Below, one piece after another: positions 7,603 through 16,187 of a DNA stretch of 25,204 bases; the first letter of the stretch is position 1; each line of letters starts with the position of its first letter. The translations under genes were made by a program, and so were the position numbers. The DNA comes from a virus, in the IMG/VR virus record IMGVR_UViG_3300014202_000879, positions 181,889-207,092 of that record; one strand, given 5' to 3'. Under the pieces are notes generated by a model, which saw only the letters and a list, made by a program, of their open reading frames with translations, did not search any database and was not told where the DNA came from.

Positions 7603-9195
7603 ATGTCCAAACTGAACAAAGAACTGCAGGAAATCACCATGAGCAAATTGGGCGAAATCATGGAAAAGGTTCACGCTATGTTGGCGTTTGATGTGAACTA
7701 CGATCAGGCTGAAAATCCCAGCCATGAAGTTCGGCAGTTTGCCTCTATTCTGTCGAATAACCAAAGTTCTCTGTACCGCGTTGCACACGCGCATCTGTAT
7801 ACGCACAAAGAGCTGTGCAACATCAAGAACGCCCTGCAACTGATCATCGCTACAGCACAAGACACGGTGAAAGATTCTTGTGTCCAGCCAGTGGCCGAAA
7901 ACCCCGTCAAGCCTGCATCCGACCAATCGTCGGTTTTGTGGGGTCCCAAAATAGCAACAGAGATACCTGCACCCGACGGTTCTGAGTCGATCGACTGGGG
8001 TTTCACAAACCGTGTCGTACAGCAACTCAGCGATATGTGGAAGTCCTTGCCTACCGACAAAGATTTTGTTTTCACTGTGTTGTGTCGACCAGATGCGGCT
8101 GTGAAACTCTGGGGTAAACCCACAGGCGGTGATTGGTTCCGATTCGATTCGCCAAGTGGGCGAACGGCCAAGATCATCATCGCGGTGACGAACGATCGAC
8201 GTGTCGATTTGAAAGAAGTGAAGGTGGTTGTTCAGGAGAATGGTTACGAGGACCCGAAGCCTTTACAGTTCGGGTCCTTTGATTTCGACAGTATGGCGAC
8301 ACCAGGGCTGTCTGGGAGAAAGTGGTCGGTGATGCAATACCAACCAATGGACCCGAGCAACTGCTACTTTGCTTCGCTGCTCGAATCGCTGAAAGAGCCC
8401 ACAGCCGCACCAAAGGGCGAGGAGGTGGCCAAGGGCGTCGACGCCATGCATCTGGACTATGCTCAGCAGAAAACAGACTCCTACGCAGCACGGCAGACTC
8501 TTTTGGAGCAGCTGATCGGGAAGAAAAACAAGAGCTCAGAGCAAGCAAAGCCGCCTCTGGGTTCGTTTGTTCCGGAGAACATTACCGAGGCTGTCGACAA
8601 TCTGACGGTGGTGGACGGCTCCTGTGTTCTTACAGGTTATACGAAGTCAGGGGCGTTGACACAAATACCTCTGACTTCGGTTGCACGCGAGCAACTCGCC
8701 GCCATGTGGAACGAGCTTTGGGACAGGATGTTCCGGCAGAATTTCCGCAACTCTGACCACAAGACCATGATCTACACCCATGCAAGCGATGAGATCTTTA
8801 CTCTTCTTTCCGACGGCTTACATGACGAACCCATAGAGACCCCGGTGCCCATAGAAGGATATCCGGCCTACCGAGTGTTCCCCCATGAACCTTGTCTCAT
8901 TCAGCAAAAGGTTGGGTTTTTCCGTATTAACCATCCCCTCTTTACCTCGGTTCCATCGGACAGGAAGGCTTTACAGGTCTACGGCCATCTCTACCGCATG
9001 GTTGCTGGTACATGCAAGACTATTTCCGACCCCATGTACGACGACCTCTATAGCCTGTATGCGAGGTTTGTTTTGGCGACGGAGCAAAAGCGTCTTGGTG
9101 CCAGCTACCCTTACGTTACACCGAGCAAAAACCTGAGCAAAAAGCGTCAGGGCATGCTCCTGCAAATCACTGAAAGTCTTCGCAATAAGACGTAG
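7603..9195 (+). CDS. Hypothetical protein, paralog of 9275..11002
   Basis: 530 aa, GAGGA SD. It shares LPxDxxxxxTxLCxxxxAVxLxG and LQxYxxxYxxVxG...DPxxDxxYxxYARFVxxTE with the next gene. Confidence 0.88.
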   Translation: MSKLNKELQEITMSKLGEIMEKVHAMLAFDVNYDQAENPSHEVRQFASILSNNQSSLYRVAHAHLYTHKELCNIKNALQLIIATAQDTVKDSCVQPVAENPVKPASDQSSVLWGPKIATEIPAPDGSESIDWGFTNRVVQQLSDMWKSLPTDKDFVFTVLCRPDAAVKLWGKPTGGDWFRFDSPSGRTAKIIIAVTNDRRVDLKEVKVVVQENGYEDPKPLQFGSFDFDSMATPGLSGRKWSVMQYQPMDPSNCYFASLLESLKEPTAAPKGEEVAKGVDAMHLDYAQQKTDSYAARQTLLEQLIGKKNKSSEQAKPPLGSFVPENITEAVDNLTVVDGSCVLTGYTKSGALTQIPLTSVAREQLAAMWNELWDRMFRQNFRNSDHKTMIYTHASDEIFTLLSDGLHDEPIETPVPIEGYPAYRVFPHEPCLIQQKVGFFRINHPLFTSVPSDRKALQVYGHLYRMVAGTCKTISDPMYDDLYSLYARFVLATEQKRLGASYPYVTPSKNLSKKRQGMLLQITESLRNKT

Positions 9196-9214
9196 ACCTA
9201 AGTTGATTCACGAA

Positions 9215-9243
9215 GCCACTGGGGACCAAACACCCCCAGTGGC
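9215..9243 (+). terminator. Intergenic hairpin
   Basis: GCCACTGGGG-ACCAAACAC-CCCCAGTGGC is a 10-bp stem after the 9195 stop, with no U-tract. Confidence 0.5.
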
Positions 9244-9274
9244 CTGTCCTAACCCTCATAAAACCAAACCCATT

Positions 9275-11002
9275 ATGTCAAAATCGCTCGCAACTCTCAT
9301 CAGCAGACGCATCGAGGGACTGATCACCTCGGAGTTACCACCAGACATCGAGTACCAGGTGACACTGTTGTGTACCCATCCGATGGCTGTGCGACTAACT
9401 GGCTCCGCCACCAGCGCCATGTGGTACAGACACGTAGGTATTGGTGATTTGCGCCGTCACGTGTACTCGGTCTACGTTGCTGTACAAGACAGCCAATACA
9501 TACCTAACAACAGGATCTATGTGTATGTTTGTCAAAAAGGCAAGGAACAATCGGTCATCAAACCACGGAGGATCAAGATTGCGTACTCGGACGGTGATGG
9601 CTCACCGATGTTGATGACGACAGAGATTGTCTACAATTTTGCGCTACATATGCTGTTCAAAAGGGCCCACCGTTTACACAAACAAGCCGTCCTCATCGAA
9701 GATACGGCATCGGCTGGAAGCTCACCGAAGCCAAAGAACGAGTCCTTAGACGATCTGATAGCTACAGCTAAAGAACACTGCGAAGCCAGAAATGCCGAAT
9801 TGCCTTTGAGAGAAAAGGAGTTTCAAGACAATCTACAGAAGATCACAGGCCGTATCAGTTCCACTGAGCCAGTGACCGCAAACCCACCGAAGCCAAGAAG
9901 CGAGTATTTGGCTGATGCCATTGGGTGGGCCAAAAGGCACTGCTGGGCTATAGACGCCGAACTGTCGCTGATAGAAAAGGAGCTCGGTGGCAGCCTACAG
10001 AAGACCACCGACGATGTCGGTTCTACCGAGCCAATAGCCGCAGAAAATCAAACCCTCGAACCAACCACGACAACCATGAACCCCAAAGACTTGACCGCAA
10101 TCACGAGCCCAGAAACGATCAACGTGCTCAAACCCCGTGAAGACATCCAACCTGCACCTCCGAACATCGTTTTTAAAGGCGGTGCCTATTCGGTATGGAT
10201 GGGTGGTGTATACGAGCTTCTGGCTACGCTGCCAAACGACGTCCTTGATGATATCAAGCAGTCTTTGCTGCCGTATTCACAGACACAGGAGCCATCGGAA
10301 TACAAGTTCCATTACGAGGCTTGTGTCAGAACCATCGATATGCATCTGTCTGAACGCAAGACGTGTGCCAAGCTGGTCGATGACCTCCACCCGCCATCTG
10401 TTTCCAACCCCCAAAGCGAAAGCACCTGGACGAGGATGAAACTGCGTGAGCCGACCTTGACCCAGGCGATGCACAAAACACAGCTCAAAGACGGTAAGCC
10501 GAATGACACATCTCCGGCGCTCAACCGTCTTGCCGACCAGCTTCGTGTTTTCTTTCACAAAGTAAGAGACGGGATGATGCAACCGATCATTCGGCACAAC
10601 GACTACCAGATTCATCTGTTGGCCCCTGGCATTATTGTCAAGCGGAAAAAGAACGGCAAGTATGTTTACCACAAGGTTCTGTCCACCGAGAAAAAAGGTG
10701 TTCTGCAAGCCTACCGGTTCATCTACGACGTGGTGTCTGGCTACATCTCGGATCTGAATGATCCAAGGTTCGATGGTGATTATGCGATATACGCGAGATT
10801 CGTCATGCATACGGAAGCAATGCGGGTTGCGCCGTTGCCGTACGATGGGCAGTTTGTGACCGTGTCTGGTAGCGATGAGGGCTGGACTGATGCCCTGCTG
10901 CCTTCGTCCAAGAGCCGAAGGATCGATTTGCGCAACCTGAGCGAATACCGTATAGAGGTTCTGAAGGACATCCACAACAGTCTTTTGTGTAAGAAACCAT
11001 AA
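9275..11002 (+). CDS. Hypothetical protein, paralog of 7603..9195, with an internal 54-aa tandem repeat
   Basis: Start moved to ATG 9275 because the TTG extension runs through the hairpin. Shared motifs as above. Confidence 0.85.
   Translation: MSKSLATLISRRIEGLITSELPPDIEYQVTLLCTHPMAVRLTGSATSAMWYRHVGIGDLRRHVYSVYVAVQDSQYIPNNRIYVYVCQKGKEQSVIKPRRIKIAYSDGDGSPMLMTTEIVYNFALHMLFKRAHRLHKQAVLIEDTASAGSSPKPKNESLDDLIATAKEHCEARNAELPLREKEFQDNLQKITGRISSTEPVTANPPKPRSEYLADAIGWAKRHCWAIDAELSLIEKELGGSLQKTTDDVGSTEPIAAENQTLEPTTTTMNPKDLTAITSPETINVLKPREDIQPAPPNIVFKGGAYSVWMGGVYELLATLPNDVLDDIKQSLLPYSQTQEPSEYKFHYEACVRTIDMHLSERKTCAKLVDDLHPPSVSNPQSESTWTRMKLREPTLTQAMHKTQLKDGKPNDTSPALNRLADQLRVFFHKVRDGMMQPIIRHNDYQIHLLAPGIIVKRKKNGKYVYHKVLSTEKKGVLQAYRFIYDVVSGYISDLNDPRFDGDYAIYARFVMHTEAMRVAPLPYDGQFVTVSGSDEGWTDALLPSSKSRRIDLRNLSEYRIEVLKDIHNSLLCKKP
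9725..10048 (+). repeat. In-frame tandem duplication, 2 x 162 bp
   Basis: PKPKNESLDDLIATAKEHCEARNAELPLREKEFQDNLQKITGRISSTEP versus PKPRSEYLADAIGWAKRHCWAIDAELSLIEKELGGSLQKTTDDVGSTEP. ccgaagccaa occurs at 9725 and 9887. Confidence 0.9.
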
Positions 11003-11015
11003 GACAGTCTGCGTT

Positions 11016-11046
11016 CACCATGCATGGACCAAACCCATGCATGGTG
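11016..11046 (+). terminator. Intergenic hairpin
   Basis: CACCATGCATGG-ACCAAAC-CCATGCATGGTG is a 12-bp stem after the 11002 stop, with no U-tract. Confidence 0.5.
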
Positions 11047-11079
11047 TGCTCAATTGGCTAGACCGATCGATAGGACATT

Positions 11080-11445
11080 ATGAATCTCAGAACTTATACA
11101 CCCCCGACTCCAGAACGGTGTGACCCACGGTTCCAGTATGCATACACCAGGACAGTCATCTACTGTCTCATGGATCAGTCTGTGACAGACATCACTGGTC
11201 TTGGGTTTTGGTTGGTCTTAGATGGTGACATCAGTGCTCCGGAATGCTTACCGATTGGTAGCTGCAAGGGACATGAACGCTTTGGCCCTACCTATTACAA
11301 GAATTTCTTTACGCGTTCACTCACGATGCAGCAACGAGCTAAGTTGGATGAACTGGCCGACCGACTCATCCGCGAGGTCAATGAAGAATTCTTTCAGGAA
11401 GAGAAGGCTGCGGCTGCACTTCTGAAAGCAAACAATGAGCAATAG
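11080..11445 (+). CDS. Hypothetical protein
   Basis: 121-aa ORF with an AGGA SD, co-oriented with its neighbours. Confidence 0.75.
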   Translation: MNLRTYTPPTPERCDPRFQYAYTRTVIYCLMDQSVTDITGLGFWLVLDGDISAPECLPIGSCKGHERFGPTYYKNFFTRSLTMQQRAKLDELADRLIREVNEEFFQEEKAAAALLKANNEQ

Positions 11446-11920
11446 CCCATTGGACGACCCAGAGTTCAGTGATCGAAATAAACAAGCGCTGTTGCATGGC
11501 GTCACTTTTTACGTGATATGTTCACTAGAGCCAGAGATTCGTCTATACCGCAGAATCGTTTCTTTAAATGGACCCAGTAAGCGAAAAGATCTCAACGAGA
11601 TTGTTTTACAGCAACTCGTCCAAGTATGTGACGATTACAGAACTGTCACAGATGCCAAAGATTGCGCCATTGTGGCCATAACTGATGGCGACACGGTGAT
11701 GTTTCTAAATGGGCGTACAGAAAACAAACGAGTGTTGTCTGAAGCCAATATTGGGCTCTACCCGTATGCCAATTGCCCAATCTTTACAAAATACATCACG
11801 ATACAGTTGCAACGAAACGACCACAGTAAATCCTTCCACCGCGCCATAGCGATGGCAGAGCACGCGCCACATCTGCTGGGGGAGAATCGTTGTTTTCCAG
11901 ATAAGAATCTGAGCGTGTAA
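11435..11920 (+). CDS. Hypothetical protein
   Basis: 161-aa ORF overlapping the previous stop region. Confidence 0.72.
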   Translation: MSNSPLDDPEFSDRNKQALLHGVTFYVICSLEPEIRLYRRIVSLNGPSKRKDLNEIVLQQLVQVCDDYRTVTDAKDCAIVAITDGDTVMFLNGRTENKRVLSEANIGLYPYANCPIFTKYITIQLQRNDHSKSFHRAIAMAEHAPHLLGENRCFPDKNLSV

Positions 11921-12072
11921 CCGTCGCCAATAGGGCGAGGACAGATCCAAAGAAGCACAGCGCCATTGGGGGTGGGTGTTTTTTCTTCTCTACCTGAGAT
12001 GTTAATGGGCATCATAGAGCCACACCAAGATTTGATAGCGACCAAGCATGGGTTTCTATCGTTATACAGTCC

Positions 12073-12089
12073 TATATACTTTAACTGAC
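12073..12089 (+). promoter_or_regulatory. Putative phage promoter motif, copy 2
   Basis: TATATACTTTAACTGAC followed by the hairpin GCTTCA-CAG-TGAAGC (12094..12108). Confidence 0.72.
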
Positions 12090-12157
12090 ACTTGCTTCAC
12101 AGTGAAGCTAGGTGCTTACTTCTGCAGACACGCAGATAACCCTTTAGGAAGAATATC

Positions 12158-13234
12158 ATGACAACCGGAACCATCACCATCAGAACCGAAACCGAGACAC
12201 TTGGCGTCAAGCAGCCAGTGACCGTACTGTATCACAAGAGTTGTAACGACGGAGTGACGGCGGCAGCAATTGCCTACGCGTCGCTCTCGACTCACCCCGC
12301 GCACCACGAGGTTGTCTACATCCCCGTAAATTACGGAGAAGATCCGCCCGTTATGGAAAAAGACCAGGATTGGATCTATGTCCTGGACTTCTCCTATGCA
12401 CCAGAGCGGCTTCTGCAACTGTCCGAATATCTGTCCCCAACCGGGACCATTATCATCTTGGACCACCACGAGACGTCGGAAAAGATGTACGGTCACCTGC
12501 CTTTGTCGGGCCAGTACCGGAAAATTGATTTCCCAGGCACCATGAAACAGGCCTGGATTCATATCGACCAGGCCCACAGTGGCGCCACCCTGGCGCTGAA
12601 GTACTTCTTCAAACACCAGGGTAAAAGCTTTTACCCTGGTACCCACGAGTGGGAACTCGGACAGCTTGTCGCGAACTACGCACGCGACAGGGACCTGTTT
12701 TTGTTCGAGACAGAGAGACCCACCAGGCAGTACGGGCTCTTCTGTCGTAAGTTCAACAACGACCCTATTGGCCTTGGCCAGCATCTGCTGAACAGCAACC
12801 TGTTCGTGTTCGAGGCTACCCTACAGCCGTTCGAGCCGGCTGTGAACGACTACATGGCAAGGTGCCGGTCAATGGCCAGTAAGGCGGCGTTTGGTTACAT
12901 CGGAGACCACCTGGTGGCACTTCTTAACTGTGAGTCAGATGCGGTGTCTGACACATCGAAGTACATCCACGACAGGCATGTAGGTGTAGTGGATTACGTC
13001 ATGTGCTTCCAGATATCGCCCAGCCGGGTGTATGTCTCATTGCGGTCCCATGCGAATGGGGCCAATGTAGAGCAGATTGCCTTGGCGCATGGCGGTGGTG
13101 GTCATGTCCATGCCGCAGGACGCAGCATGGAGCTGCCGGAGCTGACCGCCATCCTCCAGTCTTTCGACGAGCAAGCGAAAGACTGCAACAGTAAGGTACG
13201 GACACTGCACCCGCAGCTGTTCGGGAAGAAGTAA
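12158..13234 (+). CDS. DHH/DHHA1-family phosphoesterase
   Basis: YHKSCNDG, VLDFS, ILDHHET, HSGA, RD, SLRS and GGGGHVHAAG motifs. Confidence 0.92.
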   Translation: MTTGTITIRTETETLGVKQPVTVLYHKSCNDGVTAAAIAYASLSTHPAHHEVVYIPVNYGEDPPVMEKDQDWIYVLDFSYAPERLLQLSEYLSPTGTIIILDHHETSEKMYGHLPLSGQYRKIDFPGTMKQAWIHIDQAHSGATLALKYFFKHQGKSFYPGTHEWELGQLVANYARDRDLFLFETERPTRQYGLFCRKFNNDPIGLGQHLLNSNLFVFEATLQPFEPAVNDYMARCRSMASKAAFGYIGDHLVALLNCESDAVSDTSKYIHDRHVGVVDYVMCFQISPSRVYVSLRSHANGANVEQIALAHGGGGHVHAAGRSMELPELTAILQSFDEQAKDCNSKVRTLHPQLFGKK

Positions 13235-13304
13235 CAACGGCTGGGTAGGCACAACAACAATCACCTACCCAACCATAATCCAGCAGAGCTGGAAGGAGTT
13301 AACT

Positions 13305-13682
13305 ATGCGAATTATTTTTTCGCCAAGCGAGATCAGTGCACTGGCGCCATTTGTGGCCGCCATCAAGGCACTGATGGTGCAGGCGCATATCGAACCTCCA
13401 ACCGGTGGCTTGACACTGGAGGAGATGCTGGAGGTGTCATCTGACCGCTACCCCAAGATGGTGCGGTCGGAAGGCAAGGGAGACGGCAACGGCAACGTGG
13501 TCGTCTCTATCCCCATCGAGGATTCGGTGGAGATGATTGAGTGCGCGACCAACATCGTGCTCTCGCTGTCCAGTATGCTGTCCAGCATCTTGGTGCTGGG
13601 TAAGAACCTGGTGTTCAACACTGCATACGGACTCGACCGTATGGGCAAACTGGTCGATCGAATCAAATCTAAATCGACCTAA
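13305..13682 (+). CDS. Hypothetical protein
   Basis: 125 aa with an AAGGAG SD. It ends 7 nt before the tRNA. Confidence 0.82.
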   Translation: MRIIFSPSEISALAPFVAAIKALMVQAHIEPPTGGLTLEEMLEVSSDRYPKMVRSEGKGDGNGNVVVSIPIEDSVEMIECATNIVLSLSSMLSSILVLGKNLVFNTAYGLDRMGKLVDRIKSKST

Positions 13683-13689
13683 CTACGAA

Positions 13690-13766
13690 GGTGCTTTCGT
13701 CTAACTGGTTAAGACTCTCGACTCATAATCGGGCAGATAAGGGTTCGAACCCCTTCGGCACCACCA
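13690..13766 (+). tRNA. tRNA with CAT anticodon (elongator Met or Ile2), encoded CCA
   Basis: Cloverleaf: acceptor GGTGCTT/CGGCACC (7:66 mismatch), D-stem GTCT/AGAC, anticodon arm CTCGA-CTCATAA-TCGGG, T-arm AAGGG-TTCGAAC-CCCTT, 3' ACCA. Confidence 0.92.
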
Positions 13767-13772
13767 CACATC

Positions 13773-13820
13773 CCATACCCAACCTACCGATAGCGGTGGT
13801 TGGGTATGGCGTTGTTTTTT
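13773..13820 (+). terminator. Intrinsic terminator after the tRNA
   Basis: CCATACCCAACC(T)ACCG-ATAG-CGGT-GGTTGGGTATGG followed by CGTTGTTTTTT. Confidence 0.75.
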
Positions 13821-13847
13821 ATCCAAGAACGGAAAAAGGAGCTAGGT

Positions 13848-14483
13848 ATGGAACCAGATAAAAGCAGCTCAAGAGGTTTCGCTGCAGGACTCAAAGCCGC
13901 CAGAAACGGTCAGTCGTTCTTGCCACTGAGCAGACTGCCTGAGGAAGCAGAGTTTGGCAAACTCAGCAAGTATATCTTGCATCACAAGCCACTTGACAAA
14001 GTGATTTTTTGTCCTGGTGTTTCACATACGGTGTGTTCTTCAGCGTACTCCGGAGCATGGGTATATTCGGAGGCAAGAAAAGCGCCCAGGCTTTATGTGA
14101 AAGATTCCCAGTTCGACGGGGATTACTGGATGGCTCTGAGGCATGTACTGGGTATCAAACTCTCACAGTACCGGTTGCAACTAGAGGATGTTCAGGCCAA
14201 AGGCATCTGTAGTGACTGGGTCACAAAGCCAGTGCTGAACACAAATAACCAGAGGGTTGGTGTATCGTACTTGGTGATGGACAGCCGAGGTGTGGTCAAA
14301 AGGCATTTTGTGAACTGGGTTATCGGAAAACAAGCAAAGATAGAAGCCCATGCGGTCAAAGTTCGTGAGGTGTATGTGCAGAAATGCATACTCTTCCTGG
14401 AAAAAACCATCGAAGCTCTGGATAATCCGGCTGCTTTGCTAACCAACCACGGCGACTGGATGAAGGGCAATCCCATCATCTGA
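13848..14483 (+). CDS. Hypothetical basic protein
   Basis: Start moved to ATG 13848 (AAGGAG SD). The upstream TTG extension lies in the terminator. Confidence 0.8.
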   Translation: MEPDKSSSRGFAAGLKAARNGQSFLPLSRLPEEAEFGKLSKYILHHKPLDKVIFCPGVSHTVCSSAYSGAWVYSEARKAPRLYVKDSQFDGDYWMALRHVLGIKLSQYRLQLEDVQAKGICSDWVTKPVLNTNNQRVGVSYLVMDSRGVVKRHFVNWVIGKQAKIEAHAVKVREVYVQKCILFLEKTIEALDNPAALLTNHGDWMKGNPII

Positions 14484-14532
14484 CCTATTGTAACGCCCGC
14501 TTAATGGGCAATTTTTACTATAGGAGTTTTTC

Positions 14533-15252
14533 ATGAACAACAAACCAAAAACGGTTCTGGGTTACGACATTCCTTTGCCAAAAGGAGTGGAGCCAGGACA
14601 GGTGTCCGACGGATACCATACGTTCGATGAGCTGTACGACCATCGGGTGAAACTGATGATCGCACTCATGGTACAAGCATCCAATGCCGGTTATGAAGCC
14701 GGGTGGTCCAAAAACCACTCTGATGGAAAACCGTGCTTTGGTGGAGGTTGGGTGATCACCTGGGTGGTGGCACCCAATGGGGAAGAGGTGCGGTACCACA
14801 TGAAGGACACCGAGTCTCTTCCAGAGAAGCTGGAAAAAAGAACCGGGACGCCGTTCAACGGAAAAGAGGAAACGTTAAGTGCGTTGGCCAACCTGAGCAA
14901 TCAGATGCTGTATCCTCCGAAACGGCTCAGAGAGCCGGGCTACGGCGCCAGAGTGATAGGTGATTCAGAAAGCTATTGGTGGAGCACCACACTGAAAGCA
15001 TGGGTGCCTACGGTGTATTGGACCCAGGGGCACGCGTACGTGTCGTTGAGAGAGACCCGTGAGGAGGCATTGGGTCTCTTGGAAGAGTGTAAGGGTGTGA
15101 CGACTGGGCTCAAGATAAGTCTTGAGTTCAATGACTCAGACCCTGGGTTTGAGTACTACGAACTGAAGTGGCCCAAGCCAGAGATAGCCTGGGCAGGTAT
15201 ACGTACCCGTGTACCAACGCCACCCTCTGATCCAAACATCAAAGGGGAATAA
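14533..15252 (+). CDS. Conserved phage protein (SDGYHTFxELYxHR family) with a C-terminal extension
   Basis: AGGAG SD. VSDGYHTFDELYDHR, WSKNHSDG, FGGGW and YH motifs are typical of a widespread phage family of unknown function. Confidence 0.8.
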   Translation: MNNKPKTVLGYDIPLPKGVEPGQVSDGYHTFDELYDHRVKLMIALMVQASNAGYEAGWSKNHSDGKPCFGGGWVITWVVAPNGEEVRYHMKDTESLPEKLEKRTGTPFNGKEETLSALANLSNQMLYPPKRLREPGYGARVIGDSESYWWSTTLKAWVPTVYWTQGHAYVSLRETREEALGLLEECKGVTTGLKISLEFNDSDPGFEYYELKWPKPEIAWAGIRTRVPTPPSDPNIKGE

Positions 15253-15260
15253 GGCTTCCG

Positions 15261-15294
15261 AAAAACACTCTACTGGCAACAGGGTGTTTTTTTT
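15261..15294 (+). terminator. Intrinsic terminator, identical to 17370..17403
   Basis: AAAAACACTCTACTG-GCAA-CAGGGTGTTTTTTTT: a stem with a GNRA loop and a T8 tract. Confidence 0.88.
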
Positions 15295-15308
15295 GTGCTG
15301 CATGTAAC

Positions 15309-15423
15309 TTTTTTCATCCATATATGCTTCAACTGACACTTTGGCTAACAGTAGCAAGAATGTCAGTTGCAGATCGCAGCAAAAGGGTGAGCTCTACCCT
15401 GTCCAAAGAGCAAGGAGTTTCAT
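15309..15423 (+). promoter_or_regulatory. Promoter motif copy 3 plus structured 5' leader (repeat copy A)
   Basis: TTTTTTCATCCA-TATATGCTTCAACTGAC (motif at 15321..15337), then GCTA-ACAG-TAGC, AGGGT-GAGCTCT-ACCCT, GTCCAAAGA and AAGGAG. Colinear with 16070..16187. Confidence 0.8.
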
Positions 15424-16011
15424 GTGAGTGATATAAGATATTGGATGAATAAAAGAATCCAGGCAGGGACACTGGATTCTTTAGTCATGGCGTTCACAGC
15501 GCCAATTGTTAGCCTAGAGGCAGTTAGGAGTATTTCCAACCAGATGTATAGTATTGCCGAGATACTATCTATTCTCGTTGGAGCCTATATGCTGCATTTG
15601 GTTGGTGGAGCAGCCAATAAGGAACGCCTGATTAAGCACGGTGGGAAACTGGTCATCGGTGACTACTTATTCTGGGTAGTCCTGGCGATTGGAAGTTTTT
15701 ACTTCTTGGAAATGAGGTACTTTGCCATGGTGGTTTTGTCACCGATCTTTTACGACACTAAGAAAGTCGTGATAAGAGTCGTGATCAACCGGAATTTGTC
15801 AGGGGATGAGCTTTCCAATTTCTCCATCCGAAGCGATAAGCTTCTGAGTATCGCAGCAGCAATTGGGTTTGGACTTTCACTAACATGTATGGAACTAGAG
15901 TTTAGTGTTGGTATAGGAACCGCTTTGTTGATTGGTAGAGTTGCCAATCTGCCGTATGCCTATTCGACATATCAAATATGGAGATCTGGATCAAGGATAA
16001 AGCCTGTCTGA
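15424..16011 (+). CDS. Multi-pass membrane protein (about 5-6 TM, possibly a half-MFS-like fold)
   Basis: 195 aa from a GTG start, with several hydrophobic segments. It looks more AT-rich than its neighbours. The fold assignment is inference. Confidence 0.75.
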   Translation: MSDIRYWMNKRIQAGTLDSLVMAFTAPIVSLEAVRSISNQMYSIAEILSILVGAYMLHLVGGAANKERLIKHGGKLVIGDYLFWVVLAIGSFYFLEMRYFAMVVLSPIFYDTKKVVIRVVINRNLSGDELSNFSIRSDKLLSIAAAIGFGLSLTCMELEFSVGIGTALLIGRVANLPYAYSTYQIWRSGSRIKPV

Positions 16012-16017
16012 GTAAAA

Positions 16018-16051
16018 AGATATCACAATGCCGAAAGGTGCTGTGGTATCT
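16018..16051 (+). terminator. Hairpin with GAAA tetraloop after the membrane-protein gene
   Basis: AGATATCACAATGCC-GAAA-GGTGCTGTGGTATCT. Confidence 0.55.
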
Positions 16052-16069
16052 CTTACCCCCGCACGTATC

Positions 16070-16187
16070 TTTTTTCATTCATATATACTTGAATTGACAT
16101 ACCCTGCTAACAGTAGCTGGTTGTGTCGGTCACAAGCACGTGACAAGAGGTACGTTCTACCTCGTCCAAAGAACACAGGAGATTCTC
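16070..16187 (+). promoter_or_regulatory. Promoter motif copy 4 plus structured 5' leader (repeat copy B)
   Basis: TTTTTTCATTCA-TATATACTTGAATTGAC (motif at 16082..16098), then GCTA-ACAG-TAGC, GAGGT-ACGTTCT-ACCTC, GTCCAAAGA and CAGGAG. Confidence 0.8.

Noticed and set aside
11921-12070. Intergenic stretch with a small hairpin (TCGCC-AATAG-GGCGA) and TCCAAAGAAGCACAG resembling the leader tail
   Set aside because: The match is short and not followed by an SD or ORF. I cannot support an ncRNA or a third leader copy.
13848-14483. Possible AP2 or homing-endonuclease-like protein next to the tRNA (NxxVGVS...F...A...R pattern)
   Set aside because: The resemblance is too weak and no HNH or GIY-YIG motif is visible, so it is left as hypothetical pending an HHpred search.
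15321-16098. Reading TTGACA/CTGACA in the motif as a sigma70 -35 box
   Set aside because: The TATA-like part lies upstream of the TGAC rather than about 17 nt downstream, and I see no consistent -10 box at the right spacing.
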